From an uncultured Rhodoluna sp. (GTDB lineage: Bacteria > Actinomycetota > Actinomycetes > Actinomycetales > Microbacteriaceae), in the NCBI GenBank assembly GCA_964539165.1, contig CAZIFS010000001.1, forward strand, positions 65,899 through 129,898: a DNA stretch of 64,000 nucleotides. Reading direction: 5' to 3'. Below, piece after piece: positions 8,732 to 17,882 of the stretch; position 1 is the first letter of the stretch, and every line of letters begins with the position of its first letter. Under the pieces are notes generated by a model. The model was not told the origin of the DNA, did not search any database, and saw only the letters and a list, made by a program, of their open reading frames with translations. The position numbers and the translations under genes were made by a program.

Positions 8732-9649
8732 ATGCCCGAATTTTCTTTGCTTCGCACCACTGCGATTGCCAATAGCTCTTTGAAAAACATTACTTCCGTA
8801 TTGTCGGCTCGAGCAGCCCTCAAAGAGCCAACTCTGTCGTTTGAATTTTTTCCTCCAAAAGACGAGGCGAGCGAGGCCACACTTTGGGCGACTTTCGAAA
8901 AATTGCTCGAGGTCTCCCCTGATTTTGTTTCAGTAACCTACGGCGCTGGCGGTTCAAACCGTGAGCGATCATTGGCAGTTGTCGACCGCATGGCAAAGTC
9001 AGTTCTAACCATTGGCCACCTTACCTGTGTAGGTGCCACCCGTGAGAGCAGCATCGAAATAATTCGCCAGTTCGAAGCGTCGGGCGTTTCGGCAATTCTC
9101 GCGCTTCGCGGCGATCCACCAAAAGATGACCCTGAGGCTTTGTCAAAGGGTTCACTCAAGTCGGCTCTCGAATTAGTTGAACTGGTTCACGAGGTAACTG
9201 AACTTGAGGTTGGAGTAGCAGCTTTTCCTGAGGTGCATCCAGAATCACCGGATATGGCTCACGACTCAATGGTTCTTGCGCTCAAAGAGCAAGCTGGCGC
9301 CACCTTTGCCGTTACCCAACTCTTCTTCTCTTTGAAGGCTTACACCGATTTGGTTGCCAGCGCCAAGGCTGCAGGCTCGACCATGCCAATAGTTCCTGGG
9401 GTCATGCCAATTTCAAACGCCAAGCAGGTCATTCGAATGGCTGCAATGAGTGGCGCAGCGATGCCTCAAGAGCTTCTTGATTCGCTTGAGGGCTTGGATG
9501 ATGATGCCGCCCGCAAAGTCGGCATGGCCTATTCGATCCAACTCGCCAATGACTTGATCGCTGCCGGTGCCCCGGGCATCCACATCTATTCGTTGAACCA
9601 GCACGTTGCTGCTCTTGAACTGGCGCGTGGTGCCGGGCTATGTCAGTAG
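8732..9649 (+). CDS. metF: 5,10-methylenetetrahydrofolate reductase
   Basis: SFEFFPPK, FVSVTYGAGGS, HLTC, ALRGDPP, TQLFF, HIYSLN. Start placed at ATG 8732, 6 nt after TATACT; alternatives are 8705 and 8780. Confidence 0.93.
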   Translation: MPEFSLLRTTAIANSSLKNITSVLSARAALKEPTLSFEFFPPKDEASEATLWATFEKLLEVSPDFVSVTYGAGGSNRERSLAVVDRMAKSVLTIGHLTCVGATRESSIEIIRQFEASGVSAILALRGDPPKDDPEALSKGSLKSALELVELVHEVTELEVGVAAFPEVHPESPDMAHDSMVLALKEQAGATFAVTQLFFSLKAYTDLVASAKAAGSTMPIVPGVMPISNAKQVIRMAAMSGAAMPQELLDSLEGLDDDAARKVGMAYSIQLANDLIAAGAPGIHIYSLNQHVAALELARGAGLCQ

Positions 9650-9668
9650 TTGTGCATAGTCTGCAGTT
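9641..9668 (+). promoter_or_regulatory. Putative PafBC (RecA-NDp) type promoter of the exonuclease gene
   Basis: TGTCAG-N10-TAGTCT-N6-ATG matches the TGTC(G/A)G-N10-TANNNT architecture. Confidence 0.5.
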
Positions 9669-10400
9669 ATGAACGAACAACTAAGTTTTGATTTCGGCCC
9701 GGCTTTGCCTGCGTGGGCAAAGAACCTCGCCGTTTTTGATCTAGAAACCACTGGTCTTGATCTAACCGACGCTCGAATTGTGACTGCATGCGCGCTTCAA
9801 CTAGATGAAAACGGTCAAATCGTGGGTTCGAACAGCGAATGGCTTGCAGATCCAGTTATTGAAATTCCTACCCAAGCCTCGGATGTTCACGGCGTCACCA
9901 CGGAAATTGCCAGACGAGATGGCCGCCCGGCTGCTGAAGTGGTTGAAGAGTTACTTGAAACCATCCGTGATTTTTTCAAATCAGGAATCCCGGTAGTTGC
10001 TTACAACGCGCCTTATGACTTCACGATTCTGCATTACGAAGCTCTGAGGCACGGATTCACCCCAATTGAGAACCCTGGTCCAATCATTGACCCGTTGGTG
10101 ATTGACAAGTATTTGTCATATCGCAAAGGCAAGCGTCGGCTAGAAAACGCAGCTGAGTTTTATGGTGTTGAACTGACCGATGCTCATAACGCCACTGCTG
10201 ATGCAGTTGCAGCTGGGCGGGTTGCGCAGGCCATAGCAAAAACCTATGCCCAGAAATTGCCTGAATCGGCCCAGGAGCTGCACGATCTGCAGATTCTTTG
10301 GAGTGAGGCAAATGATGCCTCGTTTGAGAAATACATGCGAAATAACGTGAACCCAGATTTTGTCGTTGCTCGTGGCTGGCCACTCAAGCTAACGAAATAA
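9669..10400 (+). CDS. DEDDh 3'-5' exonuclease (DNA polymerase III epsilon-like)
   Basis: ExoI FDLETTG, ExoII YNAPYD, ExoIII AHNATADA. Confidence 0.9.
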   Translation: MNEQLSFDFGPALPAWAKNLAVFDLETTGLDLTDARIVTACALQLDENGQIVGSNSEWLADPVIEIPTQASDVHGVTTEIARRDGRPAAEVVEELLETIRDFFKSGIPVVAYNAPYDFTILHYEALRHGFTPIENPGPIIDPLVIDKYLSYRKGKRRLENAAEFYGVELTDAHNATADAVAAGRVAQAIAKTYAQKLPESAQELHDLQILWSEANDASFEKYMRNNVNPDFVVARGWPLKLTK

Positions 10401-10417
10401 CTTTCGCAAACTTAAAC

Positions 10418-10444
10418 AAAAAACCCCGCCTAGGCGGGGTTTTT
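10418..10444. terminator. Bidirectional intrinsic terminator
   Basis: A6-CCCCGCC-TA-GGCGGGG-T5 between convergent genes. Confidence 0.88.
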
Positions 10445-10539
10445 CTGGTCTCAACCTGAGTTCTGTGTGGACAGAACTCGATCTCGCGGTGATTGCGCAC
10501 CGAAGTTTTGCTGCGCTTCAGAGCAGAAGCTCTGTGCGG

Positions 10540-10596
10540 TTTGCCTTAGGCGCCGAAGCCGACGCGCTTTGAGGCTTTGCCTTAGGCGCCGAAGCC
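10540..10596. repeat. 21-bp direct repeat duplicating the 3' end of rpmE2
   Basis: TTTGCCTTAGGCGCCGAAGCC at 10540-10560 and 10576-10596. Confidence 0.9.
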
Positions 10597-10833
10597 CTTG
10601 TAACGTGCGTTGAAGCGCTCTACGCGACCGGCGGTGTCCATGATGCGCTGCTTACCGGTGTAGAACGGGTGTGACTCTGAAGAGATTTCTACGTCGAACA
10701 CTGGGTAGGTGTTGCCGTCTTCCCACTCGATGGTCTTGCTGCTGCTCAAGGTTGAGCGAGTTAGGAAAGATGCACCCGATGCTAGGTCGCGGAATACGAC
10801 TGCTTCGTAAGTTGGGTGAATGTCTGCCTTCAT
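10582..10833 (-). CDS. rpmE2: 50S ribosomal protein L31 type B (Cys-free)
   Basis: MKADIHP...VVFRD...[15 protein letters not shown]; no CxC/CxxC; start at ATG 10833 after GGAG. Confidence 0.96.
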   Translation of the reverse strand: MKADIHPTYEAVVFRDLASGASFLTRSTLSSSKTIEWEDGNTYPVFDVEISSESHPFYTGKQRIMDTAGRVERFNARYKGFGA

Positions 10834-10934
10834 GGGAAAACTCCGTAATAATCGAAAACTTTGGGGTTCGTGCCACAGGGCACTAAGGGACAAGCATAAC
10901 AGATGGCTGAATGCTTTGGTAGTGATTTGGTTGC

Positions 10935-11720
10935 TTATTTGTGAGCGCGAACTCTGAAGCGACCATCCTCAAACTGAACTTTTAGGTTGTAGCTAAACAC
11001 TTCAGAAACCTTTTCAGAGGTGAGAGTGCTGTGAATTTCACCGGCGGCAAATACCTGGCCGTCGTTGATCAACATGGCGTGGGTGAAACCCTCTGGGATC
11101 TCTTCAAGATGGTGAGTAACCATGATCATGGCAGGTGCGCTCGGGTGCGATGCATATTCGCCGATGATATCGATGGTCTGCTCGCGAGCGGCAAGGTCGA
11201 GGCTGGCCACCGGCTCATCCAGGAGCAATATTTCTGGGTCAGGCATGACTGCGCGAGCTATTTGAACGCGCTTGCGCTCTCCGTCGCTCAGAGTTCCAAA
11301 TGCGCGATCAGCGAGGTCTGACAACTGCCACTCAGACAGAACTCTTCTGGCACGACGTTCATCGATGTCTTCGTATTTCTCGTTCCATCGACCGGTCACA
11401 CCGTAGCTTGCTGTCATAACGGCATTTAGAACAGACTCAGAATTCGGAATGTGTGCGGCCAAAGCTGTTGATGCAAAGCCGATTCGAGTTCGCAGTTCAA
11501 AAACATTGATTTCACCAAGTCGGTTACCCAGGATGGTTGCCTGACCGTGGGTCGGGTGAATTTGAGCCGCTGCAACGCGCAACAGGGTGGTTTTGCCGGC
11601 ACCGTTTGGACCAACAATCACCCACCGCTGGCTAGGTTCGACCTGCCAATCCACATTATTGAGAATTGACCGGTTCTCTCGAACCACGGTGATGTTATTG
11701 AGATCAATGACGCGTGACAT
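10935..11720 (-). CDS. ABC transporter ATP-binding protein (stand-alone, ModF/YlmA-like)
   Basis: Walker A GPNGAGKT, signature LSDGERKR, Walker B LLLDEP, H-loop VTHH. Confidence 0.88.
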   Translation of the reverse strand: MSRVIDLNNITVVRENRSILNNVDWQVEPSQRWVIVGPNGAGKTTLLRVAAAQIHPTHGQATILGNRLGEINVFELRTRIGFASTALAAHIPNSESVLNAVMTASYGVTGRWNEKYEDIDERRARRVLSEWQLSDLADRAFGTLSDGERKRVQIARAVMPDPEILLLDEPVASLDLAAREQTIDIIGEYASHPSAPAMIMVTHHLEEIPEGFTHAMLINDGQVFAAGEIHSTLTSEKVSEVFSYNLKVQFEDGRFRVRAHK

Positions 11721-11725
11721 GGCTT

Positions 11726-12922
11726 TTAGCCTAGGCGATTACCGTTGATTGCCTTTTCATACACGCTGATGGTTTGGGCTGCGATGCTATCCCAGCTGAA
11801 ATGGTCTTCAACTCTCTTGCGGCCTGCGGCTCCAAAATCCTCAATGTCTTTGTGTTCCAGCATGCGATTTAGCGCAGCAGCAAAATCTGCGACAAATTTG
11901 GCTTCGTCAATGGGCTTACCGCTGCCATCCATGAGTTGTTCGATAGGAACCAGCAAACCGGTGCTTTCGTGCGCGACAACCTCCGGAATGCCGCCCGTGG
12001 CCGTTGCTACAACCGGTGTGCCACAAGCCATAGCTTCAAGATTCACGATGCCGAGTGGTTCATAGATTGATGGGCAGGCAAACACGGTCGCAGCAGAAAG
12101 CATCGCGATTAATTCAGGCCTGCTTAGGTGTTTTTCAACCCAAATCACGTTGTCGCGAACTTTGCGAAGCTCGGCGACCAAGTCTGTAACCTCCTGCAAA
12201 ATTTGCGGGGTGTCCGGAGCACCGGCGCAAAGCACCAGCTGAACATCGCTAGGCAGCTCACGCGCGGCCTTGAGCAGGTATGGCAACCCCTTTTGCATCG
12301 TGATTCGGCCGACAAACAGCACCGAGCGTTTATCTGGATCTACTCCATTGGCTCGCACCAAATCAGGGTTATCGGCAGCCTGGAAGGCATCCAAGTCAAT
12401 TCCGTTGTGTACCACAGTGACTTTTTGAGGGTCTAACTGCGGGTAGGCGCGCAAAATATCCTGGCGCATGCCATCTGAGACCGCGATGATTCCGGTGGCG
12501 CCCTCATATGCGGTTCGCTCTACCCAGGATGAAAGGCGGTATCCCCCGCCAAGTTGTTGTTCTTTCCAGGGGCGAAGTGGCTCAAGGCTGTGTGCAGTGA
12601 TCAGGTGAGGAATCCCGTGCAAAGTTCCGGCAACCTGCCCGGCAAAGTTTGCATACCAGGTGTGTGAGTGAACTAAGTCACCACCGGCGATTGCGCTGAC
12701 CATCGAAAGATCGGTTGCCATGGTCTGTAGGGCCCCATTTACGCCCTCAAACTCGCTGGTGTGACGATATGCGAATGTATCGGTTTCATTACGGTCTTCG
12801 CCGAAACAATGCACCTTCACATCGATCTGTTTTCGCAAAACTCTCACTAATTCAGCGACATGTACGCCCGCACCGCCATAAATGAAGGGTGGATATTCCT
12901 TGGTGATCAGATCGATTCTCAT
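11726..12922 (-). CDS. glgA: Actinobacterial GlgA/GlgM (ADP-glucose-dependent GT4; maltose-1-phosphate synthase type)
   Basis: EYPPFIYGGAGVHV, HSHTWYAN, HSLEPLRPWKEQQLGGGY, YEPLGIVNLEAMAC; divergent from glgC. Confidence 0.93.
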   Translation of the reverse strand: MRIDLITKEYPPFIYGGAGVHVAELVRVLRKQIDVKVHCFGEDRNETDTFAYRHTSEFEGVNGALQTMATDLSMVSAIAGGDLVHSHTWYANFAGQVAGTLHGIPHLITAHSLEPLRPWKEQQLGGGYRLSSWVERTAYEGATGIIAVSDGMRQDILRAYPQLDPQKVTVVHNGIDLDAFQAADNPDLVRANGVDPDKRSVLFVGRITMQKGLPYLLKAARELPSDVQLVLCAGAPDTPQILQEVTDLVAELRKVRDNVIWVEKHLSRPELIAMLSAATVFACPSIYEPLGIVNLEAMACGTPVVATATGGIPEVVAHESTGLLVPIEQLMDGSGKPIDEAKFVADFAAALNRMLEHKDIEDFGAAGRKRVEDHFSWDSIAAQTISVYEKAINGNRLG

Positions 12923-12969
12923 AGCGCAATGTTATCTACCGTTCATAAACGCGCAATAACATTTCGTAT

Positions 12970-14211
12970 ATGAGCACGCCACGTATCTTCGGAATGGTTC
13001 TCGCCGGCGGCGAGGGCAAGCGCCTGATGCCTTTAACGGCAGATCGCGCTAAACCTGCTGTGCCTTTCGGGGGCAGTTATCGACTTATCGACTTTGCGCT
13101 GTCGAACCTGATCAATTCAGGTTTGCGTCGCATCGTCGTTTTGACCCAATACAAGTCACACAGCCTTGACAGACATATCTCGCAGACCTGGCGAATGTCT
13201 CCGCTCCTTGGCGCCTATGTGGCTTCTGTGCCTGCTCAGCAGCGTCTGGGTAAGCGTTGGTTCTCGGGCAGCGCGGATGCAATTCTGCAGAGCATGAACC
13301 TGTTGAGCGATGAGCGACCAGACATCGTGGTCGTGGTCGGTGCCGACCACGTTTACCGCATGGATTTTGAGCAAATGATTGAGGCTCACATCAAGTCGGG
13401 CCGCGGTGTGACCGTAGCTGCTATTCGACAGCCTCTGAGTTTGGCAAACCAGTTTGGTGTCATCGAAGTTGATGATGCCGACAACACCAAAATCGCCGCC
13501 TTCCGTGAGAAGCCAAGCGATCCAAAGGGTCTGCCTGACTCGCCAGGCGAAGTTCTGGCATCCATGGGAAACTACGTCTTCAGCGCCCAGGCGTTGATTG
13601 ATGCCATTGAACATGACGGAACACTCGAAAGCTCGTCTCACGACATGGGTGGCGACATCGTTCCTTACATGGTCAGCCGAGACGACGCTGGTGTTTATGA
13701 CTTCACCTACAACGAAATTCCGGGTTCTACCGAGCGCGACCACTCGTACTGGCGCGATGTAGGAACCATGGATTCCTACTATGAAGCTCACATGGACTTG
13801 ATTTCGGTTATGCCGGTGTTCAACCTCTATAACCACGAATGGCCAGTTCACACTCAGCAAATCAACCTGCCGCCAGCAAAGTTCGTTCACGACGGCGAGG
13901 GCAACCAGGGGCGAACCACCGATTCAATCGTTTCACTTGGAACTGTTGTTTCTGGAGGCATTGTTGAGCGAAGTGTGCTTTCACCAAACGTTCGCGTTCA
14001 CTCCCGTGCGCTAGTAACTGATTCAATTTTGCTTGACGGCGTTCAAATTGGACGCGATTGCACCGTTCGAAAGGCTATCCTCGACAAGAGCGTTGTCGTT
14101 GCCGATGGCGCCTCGATCGGTGTCGATAAGCAACGAGATATTGACCGCGGCTTCTACGTCACCGACTCGGGTATCACCGTAGTTGGAAAGGGCGTGCTGG
14201 TTACTCCGTGA
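12970..14211 (+). CDS. glgC: Glucose-1-phosphate adenylyltransferase
   Basis: [43 protein letters not shown]. Confidence 0.97.
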   Translation: MSTPRIFGMVLAGGEGKRLMPLTADRAKPAVPFGGSYRLIDFALSNLINSGLRRIVVLTQYKSHSLDRHISQTWRMSPLLGAYVASVPAQQRLGKRWFSGSADAILQSMNLLSDERPDIVVVVGADHVYRMDFEQMIEAHIKSGRGVTVAAIRQPLSLANQFGVIEVDDADNTKIAAFREKPSDPKGLPDSPGEVLASMGNYVFSAQALIDAIEHDGTLESSSHDMGGDIVPYMVSRDDAGVYDFTYNEIPGSTERDHSYWRDVGTMDSYYEAHMDLISVMPVFNLYNHEWPVHTQQINLPPAKFVHDGEGNQGRTTDSIVSLGTVVSGGIVERSVLSPNVRVHSRALVTDSILLDGVQIGRDCTVRKAILDKSVVVADGASIGVDKQRDIDRGFYVTDSGITVVGKGVLVTP

Positions 14212-14837
14212 CCCAGTATCTAGTGGTTTTCGATGTTGACTCAACTCTCATCGAAGACGAAGTAATTGAATTGTTGGCCGACGTTGCTGGCAAGCGTGAA
14301 GAAGTTGCAGCTGTAACCGAGAGGGCTATGGCCGGCGAACTCGACTTTGCCGAAAGCCTCATCGAGCGCGTGCGCACCTTAGAAGGTCTACCAGAAACAG
14401 TGTTTGCTGACGTTCAAAAGCGCATCACGATTACTACCGGTGCAATCGAAACGGTCGCGGCCATTCAAAAAGCCGGCGGAAAAGTTGGCGCGGTTTCGGG
14501 TGGGTTCAACCAATTGCTTGAACCGCTTTCTAAGATCCTTAACCTGGACTTTGCTCGTGCCAATCAACTCGAAGTTTTCGATGGCAAACTTACCGGTCGG
14601 GTTATCGGCGGAATTATCGACCGTACCGCGAAGTCGGATGCACTCAAGGAATGGTCACAACTGACTGGTTTGGATCACACTGTGGCGGTGGGCGACGGTG
14701 CAAATGACCTTGAAATGATGGCCACAGCCAACCTTGGTGTAGCTTTCAATGCAAAGCCTATTGTTCGTGAGAAGGCTGACGTAGTGATTGAAGGAAATGA
14801 CCTCAGATCATTGCTCGATATTCTCGAAATTGCTTAG
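14208..14837 (+). CDS. serB: Phosphoserine phosphatase (HAD family, no ACT domains)
   Basis: FDVDSTL, SGGF, GDGANDL; GTGA overlap with the glgC stop. Confidence 0.93.
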   Translation: MTQYLVVFDVDSTLIEDEVIELLADVAGKREEVAAVTERAMAGELDFAESLIERVRTLEGLPETVFADVQKRITITTGAIETVAAIQKAGGKVGAVSGGFNQLLEPLSKILNLDFARANQLEVFDGKLTGRVIGGIIDRTAKSDALKEWSQLTGLDHTVAVGDGANDLEMMATANLGVAFNAKPIVREKADVVIEGNDLRSLLDILEIA

Positions 14838-14848
14838 TTTTAGACAAT

Positions 14849-14883
14849 AAAAAAGCCCCGAGCTCTGGCTCGGGGCTTTTTTT
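14849..14883. terminator. Bidirectional intrinsic terminator
   Basis: A6-GCCCCGAGC-tctg-GCTCGGGGC-T7. Confidence 0.9.
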
Positions 14884-14888
14884 CGACT

Positions 14889-15653
14889 CTATTCAGCGAT
14901 GAAATCGCTGGTGTCACCAACCAAACGAGTGTTGTCGCTTGGAACCGGTTCAACTGCTGCAAGTGCAACCTCGGCTGCAAATTCGCTCACGTTATAAAGT
15001 TTTCCTGCTCCTTCGCGACGGGCTTCAATTGCGCCAGGGTTCGCGCGCTCAAGCAAGGTGGCAGTAATGGTTCCTTCGATCATGTCGCCTGATACCACTA
15101 CGAATCCGATGCCGCGTTCGGCAAGAGTCGGAATCATGTCGCGCAATGCATCTTCACCGGCGCGCTTAGATAGAGCAACTGGCACATACTCTGGCATGGT
15201 CGGTGTGGTGCGAATGAAGTGAGCCTGGTGGCTAGTTACGAAAACAACTCGGGCACCGTCATTCAAATATGGCAAAGCAGTTTTAAGCAGGTTTACCTGT
15301 GAGTCACGGTTCAAGCGCATCGCATAATCTTCGCCGAGGCCGGCTTCCATTCCGCCTGAAGCGTTCATGACCAGAATGTCAAGGGCGCCGAATTCGGCCT
15401 TAGCGGCTTCAAACATTGCCTTAACTGAATCGGTGTCAGTTAGGTCTGCGCCAACAGCGATTGCTGCTCCCCCGTTGGCCCTAATGCCATCGACAATCTT
15501 CTGCGCGCGTGCTTCTTTGTTTCTAAAGTTCACAACAACTGATGCGCCGGCCTCGGCAAAATAACCGAGTGTGTCGGCGCCGATACCTCTAGATGAACCG
15601 GTGACCAGGGCAGTTTTTCCGTTGAGGCTGCCAGCTGCTAGTGGGTTAGACAT
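14889..15653 (-). CDS. SDR family oxidoreductase, candidate FabL-like enoyl-ACP reductase
   Basis: TGSSRGIG Rossmann motif; Y-x6-K (YVPVALSK); directly downstream of fabG. Confidence 0.8.
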   Translation of the reverse strand: MSNPLAAGSLNGKTALVTGSSRGIGADTLGYFAEAGASVVVNFRNKEARAQKIVDGIRANGGAAIAVGADLTDTDSVKAMFEAAKAEFGALDILVMNASGGMEAGLGEDYAMRLNRDSQVNLLKTALPYLNDGARVVFVTSHQAHFIRTTPTMPEYVPVALSKRAGEDALRDMIPTLAERGIGFVVVSGDMIEGTITATLLERANPGAIEARREGAGKLYNVSEFAAEVALAAVEPVPSDNTRLVGDTSDFIAE

Positions 15654-15680
15654 TTGAACTCCGTAGATTGTGGTTGATTA

Positions 15681-16391
15681 TTAGTGACCCATGCCCAAGC
15701 CGCCATCCACAGGGATGACTGCACCTGAGATGTAGCTGGCTTCGTCGCTGGCTAGCCAGGCGACGACCTTTGCGACTTCTTGAGGCTGAGCAAAGCGCCC
15801 AGCAGGAATCTTCTTTTTGTATTCGTCTTGCTGTGCTTCAGGTAGTTCAGCAGTCATGTCAGTGTCGATGAAGCCTGGCGCCACAACGTTAGCGGTGATG
15901 CCACGTGCACCCAGTTCGCGGGTAACTGAGCGGGCCATGCCCACTAATGCTGATTTAGCTGCCGAATAGTTAACCTGCCCGGCTGAACCCAATAGACCAA
16001 CCACGCTTCCGATGAGAATGACGCGGCCATACTTGGCTTTGATCATTCCCTTGGTGGCACGGCGCAAGACACGAAAGACACCGTTAAGGTTTGTGTCAAT
16101 TACTTGCTCGAATTCTTCGTCTGACATGCGCATCAGGAGCGTGTCACGAGTGATGCCAGCATTGGCTACCAAAATTTCAATCGGGCCAAGCTTGGCCTCA
16201 ACCTCAGCAAAGGCTGTATCAAGCGAACTTGGGTCTGTGACGTCAGCAACCACACTTAGAGAGCCCTCAGGGCCTGAACCGCTGCGTACGGTGACAGCTA
16301 CACGGTGCCCACGAGCGATGAACTCTTCTGCGATCGAACGGCCGATGCCGCGGTTACCACCGGTGATTAGTACAGTTCTCGGAGTGCTCAT
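15681..16391 (-). CDS. fabG: 3-oxoacyl-ACP reductase (MabA-like)
   Basis: TGGNRGIG, NAGITRD, NYSAAK, C-terminal IPVDGGLGMGH. Confidence 0.95.
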   Translation of the reverse strand: MSTPRTVLITGGNRGIGRSIAEEFIARGHRVAVTVRSGSGPEGSLSVVADVTDPSSLDTAFAEVEAKLGPIEILVANAGITRDTLLMRMSDEEFEQVIDTNLNGVFRVLRRATKGMIKAKYGRVILIGSVVGLLGSAGQVNYSAAKSALVGMARSVTRELGARGITANVVAPGFIDTDMTAELPEAQQDEYKKKIPAGRFAQPQEVAKVVAWLASDEASYISGAVIPVDGGLGMGH

Positions 16392-16512
16392 TTAGCCAAT
16401 CTCTTTCAAGGGAATACAACATAGGTTGCAGCGCTTATGACAATAGAAGTCTACCTTTGCCCTAATCTTGGGGCTTGTAAGGTGTCGACAAAAATTGCGA
16501 GAAAGGTCTGGC

Positions 16513-16815
16513 ATGGCAAAACCACAGAGCCTCACCTCTATCGGTCAATCACCTGAGCTTGAACGCAGAGCACGAATGTTGAAATACACGGTGGCGATGA
16601 CAGTTCGCGTCATCTGCCTAGTGGTAGGCGTTGCTGTTGGCCAAGGCCCAATCATGTGGATTGCCTTTGCTGGAGCCATTTTGCTGCCCTATTTTGCAGT
16701 TGTGATCGCTAACGCGTCTACCTCTGGTCAGTCAGATTCAAGTCCAAAAGCAATTGCCCCAACATTAGTGATTTCGGCCGACTCGTTCACCAGCAGCACG
16801 AAGGAATCCGAGTAG
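16513..16815 (+). CDS. DUF3099-like small membrane protein
   Basis: SLTS...RRARMLKYTVAMTVR...LPYFAVVIAN pattern, two TM helices; SD GAAAGG before ATG 16513. Confidence 0.8.
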   Translation: MAKPQSLTSIGQSPELERRARMLKYTVAMTVRVICLVVGVAVGQGPIMWIAFAGAILLPYFAVVIANASTSGQSDSSPKAIAPTLVISADSFTSSTKESE

Positions 16816-16816
16816 T

Positions 16817-17023
16817 TTGTTTGGCGATCTTTCACCCACATTCACCAAGTGCTCACGCGCTGGCTGTCAAAATCAGGCACAGCTAAAACTGAATTGGCGT
16901 AACCCTAATATTCACACGGATGGTCGAACTAAGACCTGGGTTTGTTGCCTCGAACACGAACAATTTCTGGTTGAATATTTAACAACCCGAGACTTCTATC
17001 TCGGTTCAGAAAAGATCGAATGA
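16817..17023 (+). CDS. Small Cys/His-containing hypothetical protein
   Basis: CSRAGC...WRNPNIH...KTWVCCLEH...L..YLTTRDF; sits in tight operon spacing (1 nt gap upstream, ATGA overlap downstream). Confidence 0.75.
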   Translation: MFGDLSPTFTKCSRAGCQNQAQLKLNWRNPNIHTDGRTKTWVCCLEHEQFLVEYLTTRDFYLGSEKIE

Positions 17024-17850
17024 CCCACTACCGCAGCAATTGGCTCAAGGAATCATGGAAGCGTTGGCTTGCCTGGTTGGTACTTGCCTCAATTTTTGCG
17101 GTGGCCTGCGTATTTCTATCCAACTGGCAATTCAGTAGAAGGCAAGAAGCGGTCAATCGAAACGAATTGATTGCTGCAAACTATGACCAAAAAGCTGTTC
17201 CGCTTGATTCACTTGCCAAAATAGATTCTTTTGATTCAAAGGATGAATGGCGCCCGGTCACCATCGAAGGAAGCTTCATCCCAGAAAAGTCAGTGCTGGT
17301 TCGCAATAGGCCGTTGAATGGGCAACCCGGATTCTTGCTGGTGATTCCTTTCTTGACCGATCAAGGCCGCATTGTCGCTGTAGATTCCGGTTGGTTGCCG
17401 ACCGGCTCAAAGCAAGACTCCCCCGACGACATTCCGCTGCCAGATTCAAGCCACCGAACATTGCACGGTCGTGTTCGTGCCGCTGAGCCGAGTTTGGATC
17501 GAGAAGCACCTGCTGGTCAAATCGGTACCGTGAACATTGACCTGCTGCTTGAGAAGCAAAGCTTCGACCAGCCGGTGTATCGCAAGCTTTATATACGTGC
17601 CTCTGAGGGTTTGAACGCCGGGCAGGTTTTTCCGAAAGTTTTGTCAAAGCCCGAGCTGACCGAGGGCAACCACCTGAGCTATGCGCTCCAATGGATTTTG
17701 TTTGCGCTAATGGCGTTTTTTGCACTGACCTGGGCGGTTCGTCAGGAACTTCGTGCCAAGCACATGGCTGCCGATCCGAACTACAAGCCGGTCACCAAAA
17801 AACGTATCGGTGACGACGATAAGGCCGTTGAGGATGCGCTTCTAGGCTAG
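17020..17850 (+). CDS. SURF1 family cytochrome oxidase biogenesis protein
   Basis: N-terminal TM + LSNWQFSR, VDSGWLP, C-terminal GNHLSYALQWILF. Confidence 0.9.
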   Translation: MTHYRSNWLKESWKRWLAWLVLASIFAVACVFLSNWQFSRRQEAVNRNELIAANYDQKAVPLDSLAKIDSFDSKDEWRPVTIEGSFIPEKSVLVRNRPLNGQPGFLLVIPFLTDQGRIVAVDSGWLPTGSKQDSPDDIPLPDSSHRTLHGRVRAAEPSLDREAPAGQIGTVNIDLLLEKQSFDQPVYRKLYIRASEGLNAGQVFPKVLSKPELTEGNHLSYALQWILFALMAFFALTWAVRQELRAKHMAADPNYKPVTKKRIGDDDKAVEDALLG

Positions 17851-17882
17851 AAACGGCATGGCGCGAGGCTGGAGCTGAAGGT

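Noticed and set aside
10540-10596. Direct repeats with a spacer as a mini-CRISPR array
   Set aside because: Only two 21-bp copies with a 15-bp spacer, one copy is the coding end of rpmE2, and there are no cas genes in the window.
13156-13890. 244-aa antisense ORF within glgC
   Set aside because: Shadow ORF arising from codon bias of the sense gene; no motifs or initiation signals.
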